Of a stretch of DNA of 64,000 nt, positions 29,915-42,455 are shown one piece after another. Where the stretch lies: positions 759,873-823,872 of the forward strand of contig CM074816.1 in assembly GCA_037447605.1 (NCBI GenBank), given 5' to 3'. How positions within the stretch are numbered: the stretch's first letter is position 1; every line of letters starts with the position of its first letter. The position numbers were made by a program, and so were the translations under genes. Origin of the DNA: Zygnema circumcarinatum SAG 698-1b (lineage: Eukaryota; Plantae; Zygnematophyceae). Under the pieces are notes generated by a model that did not search any database, was not told where the DNA came from, and saw only the letters and a list, made by a program, of their open reading frames with translations.

Positions 29915-30074
29915 GAATGATGTAAATTTGTATTTTTTTCACGTAACATGCTATACACGAGTCAGGGAAAGGAAAGGGAAATATACTCTTAATGTACATG
30001 CGCGTTTTTCTTTACATCCATACGTCAAAGATATAATACTGTACACGGTGGCCTGCCTGTGCTTACCACGCGTG

Positions 30075-33000
30075 TCAGTCCCTTATGGCCTCGCCATGGG
30101 ATGGGTCGGTAGGTGGGTCGCATGGCTCCAAGCCGCCCCGGGTGATGCAGAAGTGGGCCGTACATCCTGCAGGCTGCATGCGCATCCCACTCATCTCTCT
30201 CAGTGCATGTTCGGCCATGACCCATCCATCCATCCGACAAAATGATGAAGAAGATCATGATGTGAATGGCAGCTCCAACATCTCCAAGCCCATAGAGAAT
30301 ACTCCCCAACGGCCCCGCCACTCTGAGCCCATCCCTCTAAAAACCCCTTAACTACTGCTCTAAATTTTTCTGAAACTGGTTGCTACTGTAATCGACAGAA
30401 AATAAACCCGAGCAAGCTCTCAAAGGCTATCTCGCACAGCCCTAACATCCCTCCCTTTTAACGTCAGAGCCGATTCAGGGTTTCGGGTTTTGTAGGGGCC
30501 TCACTGCGGACGAGTGCTTGAGCAGCGACGCCGTGCACACTGCCGATGTGACGTCACGCTGCAGCAGCACTCGCACGTGCGGCGCGGCCTTCCAGCTCTC
30601 CCCGAGGGCGGGCTTGGGCTTCCCTCCCTCGCCGGCCACTGTGTGGTTGGTGATCTGAACAGGCCGTAATTTCTAAAAGCGATTTCAAAAGACTAACAAA
30701 TCAACAAATAGACAAATAATCAATAATATAGTAAAGAAAGGGGGGAGGGGAGCAAGGCCAAGACAAGGCAATGAATGTCTCCTTCCGAGTATTGAAAACG
30801 TCATCAACGTCAGAGGAAGAAGATATTCAGCACCTCCCAACGGGGGGGTACGCCACATAACAAGGAGACGAGTTTGGGGTTTGCGGGTTTTTAGGGTTTC
30901 GAAGAATGACCAGCACTGCCAGCTTGTGCTCTGTCGCCATCCGCTTGAGGGTGCGGCTCAGACACATCATCAGCGCGTGCCCTGGCCATGCCACGTCATC
31001 ACACACCCTCCCCATTGGCAAAGATTTCCCACGACAACGGGTTCAAAGACATTGTATGATTCATGATACAAACATTGTTAGCTTTTGCAGCAACTCGCGG
31101 AAAGACTGGTGGTGCCATGGCATGAAAGGAGCTGTGCACGAAGGATCTTAACGTTTTCAAGGCGATCAGGTTACTAGTAATTGAAGTTTTAAGCTCATTA
31201 CGGATTTAGGGTTGTCAGGTTAGCAGGGTTCAGAGATTTGTTGAGTGCCTTGCGTATGGGAGCCTCCAAGGAGAGCGCCGACCAAAGCAGACGGAGAGTC
31301 CACAACGAGCAGTCGCACTTTAGCAAAAAAATCTGACTTCTGCACCGTCCTCGGCCAGGCAACGAGCTTGTCCCTGCTGGGATTAGGGTTCCAAAGAAGT
31401 TTCAGGAATGAACAATCTGCATCTCCTTTCCCTTACATGGGGACACGAGAGATGACTTGAACGATGAGTTTGATCTTAATCGTGAGCTTGCATTATGTGG
31501 TGGATCCCGTGCGTATGAATATGTTCAGACGAATAAGATGGTGTCCGATGAGGAATACCGTGTAATGGCGAGGTCTTTAAATAGAGAACACAAGTTGTTT
31601 TTTTATCACGTGTTACATCATATGAGAAGTAAAGAGGAACCGCTTCGGGTTTTCTTTGACTGGAGGTGCTGGTGTGGGTAAATCTAGATTGGTTCAAACT
31701 GTGTATGAAGCTTTGGTACGTTTTTAAGAAAAAAGGCTCAAACTGATTTTGACGAACCTTTTGTATTACGTTTGGCTCCAACTGGTACAGCGGCATACAA
31801 TATTGATGGACATACTATACATGGAGGACTTTGCATACCGCTCACTCAATCCACCAACATGGGTTTGATTGATGAGAAGAAAAATACCCTCCTGTCTAAA
31901 CTTAGTTATGTTCAATTTGTGATTATTGACGAAGTGTTTATGGTTGGGCAGCGTCTTTTCATGGCTATGGAAGATCGACTAAGAACGCTGTTTTGTAAAG
32001 AGCAACCGTTTGGTGATTGCGCGGAGGCCCACCTGCGCTGCGTGGCAGCAGTGAGCGGAGAGGTCCTCGAGCAGAGCGAGCAGATGGGGCAGAGAGAAGG
32101 CGCGCATGCGCACAATGGCCCGCATGGCCCGGCTCACATCCGCCTTCATGTCCTGCACGGGCCCCCATGCCACGCATGTAATCTGAATACCGCCGGCAAC
32201 ACATCCAAGGTGCAAATGCACATGCACATGCACATGCAGCGCATGCGAAGCCCCCCCCCTCTCCCTCCCTCCTCCCCCCCTCTCCTCTCCTCTCCTCTCT
32301 CCCTCTCCCCACCCGTATGCGAGCGGGCCCGCCCGCGAGAGCCCCGACAATGTGCGCTGTGCGCTGCGCGGAGAAGCCGCCCGTGTCGATGTACGCCACT
32401 GCGCCGCCGCAGAGGGCAGCTGCAGCGCTGCTCTGCAGGCAGACCTGCGGATGCACAGGATGATGAATGTGAGGAACGAGAAGCTGCTGAGGATCACTGC
32501 ATGTGATTCAGCAAACGTAACCCGCAACATATGGGATACGTATGGACACATGAGCTACTACCTGATCATGCCCATGTGGTTTATGGTCCATGCCCATGCC
32601 CATGCCCATGCCCATGCCATGAGAGTTTACCAGTGTTTGCAATATGTTAAGAGCTCGCACGGTCGAGAAGTCAAAGGAGGACCAGTGGTTTTGACGGCTT
32701 TTCAGAGCACTGGATTTTTCCAACTTTTGAAATTTGGTGTTCCATTTTAGAACTAAAAAAGACATTCTCACAGGAAAATGATTTACCAATTCTAGATGCC
32801 CCGTTAATATCAGTTATTTACTGGCTTCTTCTTTTTTTCTCAAGATTGCCTTCTAAAATTGACCGACTGCTGACCTGCGAGAGGTCAACATAACTTTGAT
32901 CCGCCTCCGTGGGATCAATCTTCCCCTTCAACTCCCATGAGTAAAAGAATCAATTTTAGGGTTCAGGGTTTGAAGTGTGGCGACACCTGGGTCTTCCCGG

Positions 33001-34048
33001 AAGCTGCACTTCCCACGAGCTCCGTGACGGTGCCCTCACGCAAGCCGCCCTGCAGGAGCTCATCAAGGCTGCGGAAATGTGACCCCTCCCCCCCATGTTA
33101 CAACAGCAGTACTGAGAACAGAAGAAGCAGCTGGCCAGCTGACTATGTAAGAATCAAACCATTTCTGAAATTCAGCAAAGGCATTGCAGAGTCTTTTCGT
33201 CAAAGGACAGCGAGGGGACAAAAAGCAGGGGGCGCATACAAAATGAGCGAGAGAGAAGTGACGGAGAGAGCAGGCTGGAGGAGAGAGGGAGGAGGAGAAG
33301 GAGGGAGGGAGAGAGCGAGCGAGAGAGAGGAGGAAGAGAAAGAGCTAGAGAAGTCACCTCTGGCAGCCAGTGGAGTGCACCTGCGCCTGTGGCAGCAGCG
33401 AGGCACCTGAAAGCCACTGCCCGGCGTGATGTGCTGCCACGTGGTCGAGCACTGCCACCAACGCCTGCACTTCCCGCAAACAAAAACACCCAAAATTGTC
33501 ATAATTGCAATCGAAGAGACGAGGCTTTACATTGACGCATACTGGCGGAAATCAGAAACGTGTGGAGCTAATTGAGCGGGGGGGGGGAATGTGGAGAGGC
33601 AGTAGGGAGTGACACTTTTCTAACTCTGAAAGCCCCTATTACATGTCTTTAGGAATTTTAAGGTCGAGCAGGCGACCTGGCGGAGCGGCGCAGAGGCAGC
33701 GACGGGCCGGGCCAGGGCTGTGAGCTCCGCCGGCAGGTCCTCCGCCAGGAAGGCCTCCACTGCGCCCCGACCCCTCAGCCCCGCTCTGCATCCTCAGAGA
33801 GAGGGGCTCTGCTCGCGTCTGCTCTGCATGCAGCGGAGGAGGAGAGGGAGAGGGAAAGGGAGGAGGGAGAGTGAGGAGAGGAAGGCCCAGGGGTAGAGAG
33901 GATAGAGGATCGCAGAAATGAAGGAGAGGGGTCGAAAGGGAGGAAGGGGGGGAGGGGAGGGGGTACGCGTGAGGATGCGCCGCGCGATGAGGAGGTCGAG
34001 CAGCTCGGGGGCGATCCCCGCCTCCCGCAGCGCCGCCAGCGGGGCCAT
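30075..34048 (-). CDS. RAD51D: DNA repair protein RAD51 homolog D
   Basis: ATG 34048 MAPLAALRE...; Walker [28 protein letters not shown]; [13 protein letters not shown]; Walker B RLLVVDS; [24 protein letters not shown]|[31 protein letters not shown], which is characteristic of plant RAD51D. Stop at 30075-30077. Confidence 0.92.
31430..32017 (+). mobile_element. Decayed PIF1-family helicase fragment (Helitron-type RepHel remnant) antisense in a RAD51D intron
   Basis: [27 protein letters not shown]...EPLRVF, frameshift, [19 protein letters not shown] (Walker A), stop/frameshift, [20 protein letters not shown] (motif Ia), [11 protein letters not shown] (Walker B), EQPFG. It lies within the intron 31318-32032. 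Confidence 0.85.
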
Positions 34049-34077
34049 CGCTCTCCCTCTCCCTCTCACTCTCGCTT

Positions 34078-34112
<35 letters not shown>

Positions 34113-34213
34113 CCCAGCTGGCGCCGCGAGGGAGGGGGGCGGGCCGCGGGGAGCCGCCACGTGGCAGGCGCACACTTTTCGAGAGGCTTGGCCCGGTGAC
34201 GAGTCAGGCACCG

Positions 34214-34430
34214 CCGTTGGATTCGCGCTAGAATCGCCGTTGGATGCAGGAGCTTCTAGCCGTCCGATGCATTATCTTTTAGAGGAAGTGGAAGCCGACT
34301 TGGCACATCCAACGGTCCAATAATACGATTGTGCATGTGGCAAATCCAACGGCCAAATTCTCGGAATGTAGCAAGTCGCTATCCAACGGTCCACATCTTA
34401 TGCTTGTACACGTGGGAGATCCAACGGCCA
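34214..34430. promoter_or_regulatory. Cluster of six MSA-like TCCAACGG elements upstream of RAD51D
   Basis: CCGTTGGA at 34214 and 34237; TCCAACGG at 34308, 34345, 34382 and 34420 (spacing 37, 37, 38 bp). Confidence 0.6.
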
Positions 34431-34955
34431 TTTTCCCTCAATAAAGCACGTAGTTTCGATTTTACGTGTTCAGAGAATCTTGCCTGCCCGTGACGCTATC
34501 GGAAAGAAATCAAGTTTGATGCCCCCTATTGTCTTTCATCGACCCTTGTGGAAACCAATCTTAATGGAATGGGAAGGAAGGAAAAACCAACACACTCCCA
34601 CATCTCTCCACTTCTCTGCCTCTCAAGACTTCAACGGCGTATAACTCAATCAAAACAATGTGTCCATCTAAAAAGATTTATCCTTTGGCTACACTCTACA
34701 CCCCCAACCTCCCCTCTCTCGCTGTTACAAACAAGAAACCGGATTAAAGACGATTTACAATGGGCTTGAAGCCTCCTTCTAACCAACAAGGAATGAGGCA
34801 AATCTCTCATTTCAGCTCCGCTGCATGAACCCCTCCCTCCGCCCCTTGCCCTAAATATTCGGAGCAATGGCCCCGCCCACCCCCCACCTGAAACTTCCCC
34901 ACACCCTAGTCTCGCTTTGCCTATGATCCATGCATGCATGCATGGCCCGGCGGCT

Positions 34956-37611
34956 TCATCGCCTCCTCGGGGCGCCGCCCCCTGCCGGCCGTTGTGCCCC
35001 CCCCGGCGGCCCTCCCTGGCCCTCCGCTGCAGCTCCGGAGAGCACGATGTTCAAAAGGAGCATACCTCCCGGAACAATATAAAACCACTGCAAACCCCCG
35101 ACCACACAAATAAAGTAAGAATCTCTCTAGTTTCAGGATCGATCTGAACTGAACTGAACTGCTTATTGAGATAAGCAACAGCCAAACTGGTGACTGTTGG
35201 CGGCCTTTTTGACACATCTCATTTGCTCCGCACGAGTCCCAGCAGCTGCAACGAGGAAAGTCGTTGCCAAGGAAGCCCATAGTTTCAAAACAGACGCAGA
35301 CTCACATATTTTTGCCAAAAGGTCTTTGGCTCGGCAGGCTTCTCCGGCTCCTCTCCCGGCTTTCGCCGTTCAGCTGCAGCTTCAGCCGCTAAAAATAGCT
35401 GCTCGCTTGCTGGGATCAACCTGCACACGTTTAGGAGCTCCAACAAACGCAGGGATTGGGAGTTCATCACAAAAGGTTCAATCCAAACTTCCAAACTGCG
35501 CAATGCATGAGGCATGTTGAGGGGTCTCTAAATTTTGAACGCTATTTGCAGCTACTGAAGGAGGGAGAAGCACTCACTTCGGTGCCTGCTGTCCATACTT
35601 CAACGCGGCCGAGCTGTTGAACTTCCAGATGCTTTCGAACCGCTGTGCAAACACAGCACAGATGCGGCCGATTCAGAAACTGAGAAGCTTTCAGGGTTTG
35701 AGATTTTCTAAGATTTTGAATCTGAATCCTTGGGGGGTTTTTTGAAATCTTCACAGTATCAGTGGTTTCTATGCGAACATGTGCATTCATAAATCGCATC
35801 GTAAAAGTGGTACTCACAATGTCCGTTGTGGACGCTCTTGAACAGTCAGCCTGCGGGAGATAGGTGATGGCTACAATATTCCCTGCAGATTCCTGCATTG
35901 CCAAACTCTCTGACTTCAAAGCCACTCTTCCCAGAGTTTCCCACGCTCACTGCCTTTGTAAACTCCATGGTATGCCTTTTTGTAAAGTCTGCAAATTACT
36001 GTGACTGCCGCTGTGGAAAACAGTTCGATTAGACCGCCGGACTTCCATTTGCCTTGAGATAGACGTAAGACCTTCCTGCAACATGGACAAATCATAGCAA
36101 CTTTCCTACCACAAGTTTAAACGGGAGAGGTACGCATCTTCGGTGGTTTCCAGTACGGAATGGTGTTACATGTGACTATGAGAACTGAGTTCGGCCTTAC
36201 CACATGGAGTTCAAAATGGTCCGTTTGCTGTGCCAAGGCCACGCATCGCTGCGAAATCGACCCATCCCATTCCCCTTTCAGATGAGCCTCAACCCTTGAT
36301 GAATGGGGCTTAATGCACTGCACATAGCTGTGATTCACAACCCAAAATTCTGACAACCGTAGACTTCCAGACGACCCGACTAAGTGCACTTGATTGGTCT
36401 GTTTCAGAGCATCGACGTGTCCTGAGAAGCCTCCTCTCAACTCTCTCTCTCTCTCTCGCTCTCTCTCTCGCTCTCTCTCTCTCTCCTTCTTGGCGTAAAC
36501 ACGACTCACAGCTTTTGCAGACGCTACAACGAACTTGCCGGAGCCAAACACGCTTGCAGGAACACGGACGCGGTAATACCCGTCAGCCACCACGAGCTCC
36601 TGCATAGATTCGCCAGCTCAGCGCTGCCCCATCCCTTCTTTGGTTTCGGTCTTTGCTTCTTTTGCAAACACTGCAGAAGGGCAAGAATACAGAAACAGCA
36701 AAGAGTAGAAGCCTCTGCAAGAGCTTCACTTGCAAAATGAGACCTTCCAAAGCAGTAATTCTGCCAGTAAAAACAGGCCAAGAGAAAAATGCAGCTAGTG
36801 ATCCAAACATTCCTTAATTAGAAACTACTCCAGACAGCCATTCACGCATCTGAATCTCGGGCAAAATACCTCGAAAGCAGCCCTTTCACCTGCAGACAAG
36901 GTTGCGCGCTCCAATTGCAGCCTTGAAAGTTTCTGATCACCCTTCCCCAAAACGGCGGCTGCTGTGAATAATAACCATAGAATTTTGAAGCAGCGGGCGG
37001 GGCCCCTTGTCTATGTTTTTTCGATATGGGGGATTCTGTGCACAGTGCTCACCTGCTCCTTCCATTGACCTTCCAGTGATAGTATTTTTTAATCAATGCA
37101 GCTGAGATTGTATGCTAATAACAAAACGAAGCTCGAAACAACTAAATCACAAAAAAATGGCCAAAAGATACGCCTAAGCCTGCGAATAATCCGGTTTCCG
37201 GCTTCCGGTTCTCCTTAAGCCCCTTCTTATATTACATTATAAACAGTCCCATTATTAAAGTAGCAAACTCGCCTGTACTCCCTGCATGGAGGTTCGAACC
37301 CGCACACTGAAGTCGCCTGCAGGGGTGAACTCGCCATGGCGCCCTCCCAGCGAGTGCTCCAATTCGAACCTCTCCACCTTATCTACGGCATCTATGCCCG
37401 TCTGCACCGCTCCTCTCTCTCTCCCTCTCTCCAGCTCAGGCACCTGCGTAGCGAGCGATTCAAACTCATCCCCTCCCAGAGGTTCCCTCGACTCAAACGA
37501 AGCTTCTGCGAGCCTTCCAGAAAGTAAAAGAAGCACTGCTAATGCGGTGGCGAAGGTGGAGAGGCCGCGCAGGGCCTCAGAGCGCGCCATGTGTCCGAGC
37601 TTCGCGGCCAT
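34956..37611 (-). CDS. EMC10: ER membrane protein complex subunit 10
   Basis: N-terminal signal/hydrophobic stretch; FELEHSLGG...FTPAGDF; ELVVADGYYRVRVP; KTFWQKY|WFYIVPGGMLLLNIV; ends GGGAPRRR with stop at 34956-34958. Confidence 0.85.
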
Positions 37612-37811
37612 GTCTGGAGAGCTCTGCAACTCGCAGACAGACAGCGAGTCTAAGAGCGCCACGCGCTGGGTACATTTGCTGCTCTCAGCCTCGCTTTAGG
37701 GTTTCTATGTGTCCGCGTTCCATGGTCGACGGCCGTTCCCGTCCTGTTTCACGACTCTGTGCGTGACGCAGCACGCTGTTCCATGATGCCACATCGTTGT
37801 TGCAAAGTACT

Positions 37812-37982
37812 GCATCGACTCGAACTGGAAACGATATTTTCGAGTCGGACTGAAGACGATATTTTCGAATCGAGTCTGAAGGCGATATTTCCGAATTGGA
37901 CTGAAGACGAAATTTTTTAATGGGATTGAGGGCGATATCATCGAGTCGAAATGCCGCCGATATTGCCTAATCGAGTCGACGA
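37812..37982. repeat. Degenerate 25-bp minisatellite (about 6 units) upstream of EMC10
   Basis: Units begin CGATATT at 37832, 37857, 37883, 37908, 37933 and 37958 (e.g. CGATATTTTCGAGTCGGACTGAAGA). Confidence 0.8.
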
Positions 37983-38984
37983 GGTGAGGCAGATGGAGAG
38001 AAGGGGCAGGGTGCGATGCGGCCCAGTACTTGCCATCACTCGTTCAGGGCAAGTGAGAAGGTACCTTATTCAATCGTATGTTTGCCATGCCAAAAAAAAG
38101 CTTGTGAGCATCTTTCGAAAAAACTTCTTTGATTTGTTTTGAAATGTGACAGCACTGCACTGCAGTTGTGTGAAATTCAAAAAACTACCACCCCCTGGAC
38201 ACATTGACGAAGCGGCGGCAATGACTTCTCCCTTCCCCCCCCCCCCCTCCCCAACAAAAAAAGCCTTCATCAATTCCTTCAATAGTGATTCACACGCTCT
38301 CCCCTTGTTTCAACAAGAGAAGTGACCAAAACGACCAGAACGGTTTCGTTTTCCTTAAGGACCTTGGTGCCTTGCTGACTTAAGCGATCTTTCCTCCCTG
38401 CTGCCGGTTTCCCCTCGACAAAGTCAATCCAGCCATCCTAGTGCATTGCATGCGCCTACGTGCTTGCATATGCTCCAATGCTCTCCACAGCTGGGCCCCA
38501 AACCTTAACCCAGTCCTTCCTAACGGCCGTCCAGCATTACTCACACAACAAAGCCAAGCCACACACCACACGAGGCTCGGCTTTTGAAGCCGGAGCATTG
38601 AACTGCAATAATTGATGATATGATCAACAAGTTTCCCGTGAATGAATAATTACAAGAAAAAACAACCAAGAGAAAAAACAATGATTGATAGATAGTCTAG
38701 CCGGCGTGCTGACTCCCTCCCCCCTTTTCAGAAGCACCCACAAAGGAACACAGCATTGTGTTCCGCTGCGTGCACCTCCCTCCACCTGTGCAGTTTTGGC
38801 AACAATAAATAAAATTGAGACCAACAAAAAAATGATGAGCGTGCGAGGTGATCCGAGACCTCCAAATAAAAAGAATAGTTATCAAAATGCCGAGTTTTAT
38901 CGCAGTGTTGGCGGACGTGTTCTTGGCAGCGCCCCGTTGCCTCTCCTCTCGCGTCCTTATTGCGTGGAAGCACCACCTCCCTTA

Positions 38985-41900
38985 CTACTTCTTCGGAGAG
39001 GGCCCAAAGTTTGGATGAAGGATGGGCTTCAGAAGCTCCATCTTCTTATCCCACACATTCCACCAGTCGTCCTTGAGAATACCTCCCGTGTCTCTTGAGT
39101 CGGGTCCCCAATTGAACCACGTGTGAGAGAGATCGAGCTTCTTGATATAGTCCCGGAACCTGTAGGCCCATATGAGCTCTCGCGGCGTTTTAGAGGTGAC
39201 CAATGTGCAGTCGAGGGCGGACCCCCACTCGCCCACCCACACAGGCGCAATGTTCTTCTTCACAATGTAACCCCACCGGCGATTCCAGTAGCCTTCTAGG
39301 TTGTTGGGGAAGGAATGCCTGTTTCTGTACCACGGCTGATCATAGACGTTTGGGCCGTAGTCATGGGCTGAATAGGCCACCTTGTGGGGAACCTGTCAAC
39401 CAGACCAGTTAACACTGACAAGATCAGATAAAGGTAATGACAGAAGTGCGACGTCATCTCTTATGGGATGTGTAGATCACATACAAAGGCGCCAATGCAT
39501 TGCATCACAAATGGTGGGCTGGGTACAGTCTGAACAAAGTCTAGAAATCAGTGAGGACTACTTGAATTATATTACGGGACTTGGCAAAACCGTGAGAGAA
39601 CTAAGGCTTCTTAAGTTAGAATAATTCCAGAGATGCCTTCCAGAAAGTCATCTCTGCATCTAGTTCAGTGAAGGAAGCAGAGCCAAAAAAATTCATTCAA
39701 TTTATTTCCTTTTCTCTTCATCTTACTGTGTGTTGACAGAAGCCTATTGAAAGCAACTTCAACCATAGCACTCAAAACCAGACAGAACGTCCTGCAACAC
39801 TCTTCCTTCTCCATGTTGTACTTTGCGGCTGAGTAAAATTTAAGAACAGATGGAGCCTCCCAACAACAAGGAGTTGATGCAACAAACAGGTGACAAGGTA
39901 AGAAATTACCTTCATTGGGAGAGGTGGAATTTTCGTGAAAGCCATAAGGTTACCGCCCCACCAAGCATTGTACCACATGCCTCCAATAATAATGATGATC
40001 TTCGGGTTTACCTTCTGAATCCGATCAGAGACCCTGCACGTACGGTGATGTTGAGACACTTCAGCATCGTGACCACTTTTCTTTCCCTTTTGCCCCGTTT
40101 CTCCAATGTAGTTTGGAGTTTTAAGGTTTGACTGTAATTTCTAGCTGTGCACACGGTACAGATGATTTTCCTTAAGAAGAGCGTGTACATTCAAGCTGGG
40201 TTTCTTGGGAAAAACGTCATCGTTCGAACAGCGTCATAAAAGACAGCATTAGACTCGCGCGTCAATATATTGTTGTCCCTCTCCTCACGAGTGTGTGCTG
40301 GCTTGTGCTGTATAAATAATTCATGATAAGCGATAGTCTACGCATCTAAAGAATCTAAGAGGAAATGCCAATATTGTATCAATAGCCATCGGCAAGCTCA
40401 TTCGCACGTGCCAGCCTGAAACTAGATACATAAAACAATCAGACCAATACGACAGCGCTAAAACGATTCTGGTGTATCAAAAAGTGATTTACCTCTTGAC
40501 AGCTGTGCGCCAATTGTACGGCTCTCCGCCCTTCCTGACCCACACCGGGTAATCGGGAAGGTCCGTGTTGTTGTGAATCTCGTTGAAGAGATCAGCCTGA
40601 ACAACAAAAAGACAGTGAGAGGCCAAGATAACTCGATAAATGAACTTCCCGCAAAGGAAAATCGACCCGATCTGCAAAAGTCAGCACGATCCGTGCAAAC
40701 GAAGCAGAATCAAAAGAGCAGAGCTGCATACCGCAATGACTGTCGGATTTCTTCTGTATCTCTTCGCCAGCATCCCCCAATTGTCTATCCATAACTTTTC
40801 TGTGTTATTCTTGTCGAACCAGATTCCCCATTCAGGATGGCTGGTGAGGTAAAGCCGATGGTAATCAAGAATGACTTTCATTTTGTATTTCCCGCAAGCT
40901 TCAATAATTTTATCGAGCACTTGAAGACTATTAAGACCCTGCACTTCAATTCAAACACACGAAATTCATTAGAATCCAAAGTAATAGCTGCCAAAACATT
41001 TCGCAAATGCATCAGTAAAACAGAAATGCACTGACCTTATTCATGAGATACTGCTCATTTTTTTGTTGTTTCAAACTGAGACAGTGATAAAAGAAAGTTC
41101 GTTGAAATTTTGGTGCAGTTACTCAATTGAATGAATTAAATGGAGTTCACGCTACGTTTCGACTGAAAATATCTAAATTTCTGGCAAGAGTCTCGAACCT
41201 GCAAGTCTGGATTGATCCCGTAATTGATATTGTTGGGGTACATTGAAGGCTTCAGCGTCTCTCCGGCAAATGCAAGACGGATCATGTTGAAGCCGAGCGA
41301 GGCCATTTGCCGAACCATGTCGTCGTAGTTCCGAGCCCAAAGTCCGTGAGGAGCTCCCGTGACCTCAGCCCCCGTCCACTGAACACCTGCAAACTTAACC
41401 TGCAAGTTACAACAAATTATGGAGACGGCAGCCCAATGTCAATAAACTGGTCGAGATTCCACCCCGGCTTTAAGCATCCGCGGGAATTAACAACTGAAAT
41501 CTCTAAAACCTATCAAAATCGAGTGGTAATATCCTCTGTCTGAGAATTGGACGAGAATGCGGAGATGATAGTAAGTGACACATCACGAAAATGCAAAAAA
41601 AAGAAACAAGCTAAATCAATTTTCTCCATTTAAGAGCCTGCAGTTGATTAACTACCTTGCTTCCTTTCGCATCGTAGAAGTTAGAGCCATTAACAGTCCA
41701 CCAGCCAGCACCTCTGTTCTTCCTGCCCTTCAGGATTCGTCGGCCAGACCCTTCGACCTGAATGAAGAATGAAGTGTTCCCATAAATCCATAAGTTGGCA
41801 GAAAGTCGTCTCTCCATAGACTCAGAAACGAGAACTGGCTTGCAAGGAATAACTCATACATGACGAACATGTGGCATTGGGCTCGTCACTAAGGGTGTCC

Positions 41901-42455
41901 AACGGGTCTTAACTACTCACCTCATCTGCAGTGAAGTCAAGAGTGTGCTGACCAGGATGCTCTACCTCTGCCATGCATCACCAAATAAAACTTGAAGGTA
42001 GATTTAGTTGATAGGACATCTTGCCATGTAATCATGGACCGAAGGATAATAGTGATAATAGTGAGGTTAGTGATGAATGCACCTCCTGGCCTCTTAATAA
42101 ATAGATAGAATAAAGCTTCTATAAAATGATGGCATTGCTAGTTCAGCTATTTTTCGCAAAAACTAGAAGATGGGCAGCAAAAATTCAATCAAATAATGGC
42201 ATCGCTAGTTCATACGATTTTCAGCACCAGTGCTTGCGCCCCATGGCAGCTTGATACCCCCCTCGTGTGAAAACTACCGACGTTCGAGGATCCCCACCAT
42301 CCATTGCACAAAAGGAGCCGACAATTGAGAGGGAATTCCTTACCACGAACTAGACGAACAGTTTCTGACGAGTCCCTGCTAAAGAGATCCGCAGACGCAA
42401 GGCGAGAGCCGCAGATGGCCGCCACAACAGCCAGTCGCAGCGCCAACGCGGCCAT
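38985..42455 (-). CDS. Secreted glycoside hydrolase family 5 endoglucanase (GH5_1 / Acidothermus E1-like catalytic domain)
   Basis: Signal peptide MAALALRLAVVAAICGSRLASA; APHGLWARNYDDMVRQMASLGFNMIRLAF; VILDYHR; acid/base ADLFNEIH; WWGGNL; YSAHDYGP; nucleophile PVWVGEWG; WGPDSRDTGGILKDDWW. About 7 exons; the exon 1/2 junction is unresolved. Confidence 0.9.

Noticed and set aside
31772-32506. 244-aa plus-strand ORF as an intact PIF1 gene
   Set aside because: Only the first about 80 codons are helicase-like; the rest is the antisense of RAD51D exons and introns.
34300-34430. CRISPR-like repeat-spacer pattern
   Set aside because: The conserved core is only about 11 bp with four units, there are no cas genes, and the context is eukaryotic; reported as an MSA-like array instead.
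37273-37300. B-box-like GGTTCGAACC
   Set aside because: Lies within EMC10 coding sequence with no A box or cloverleaf.
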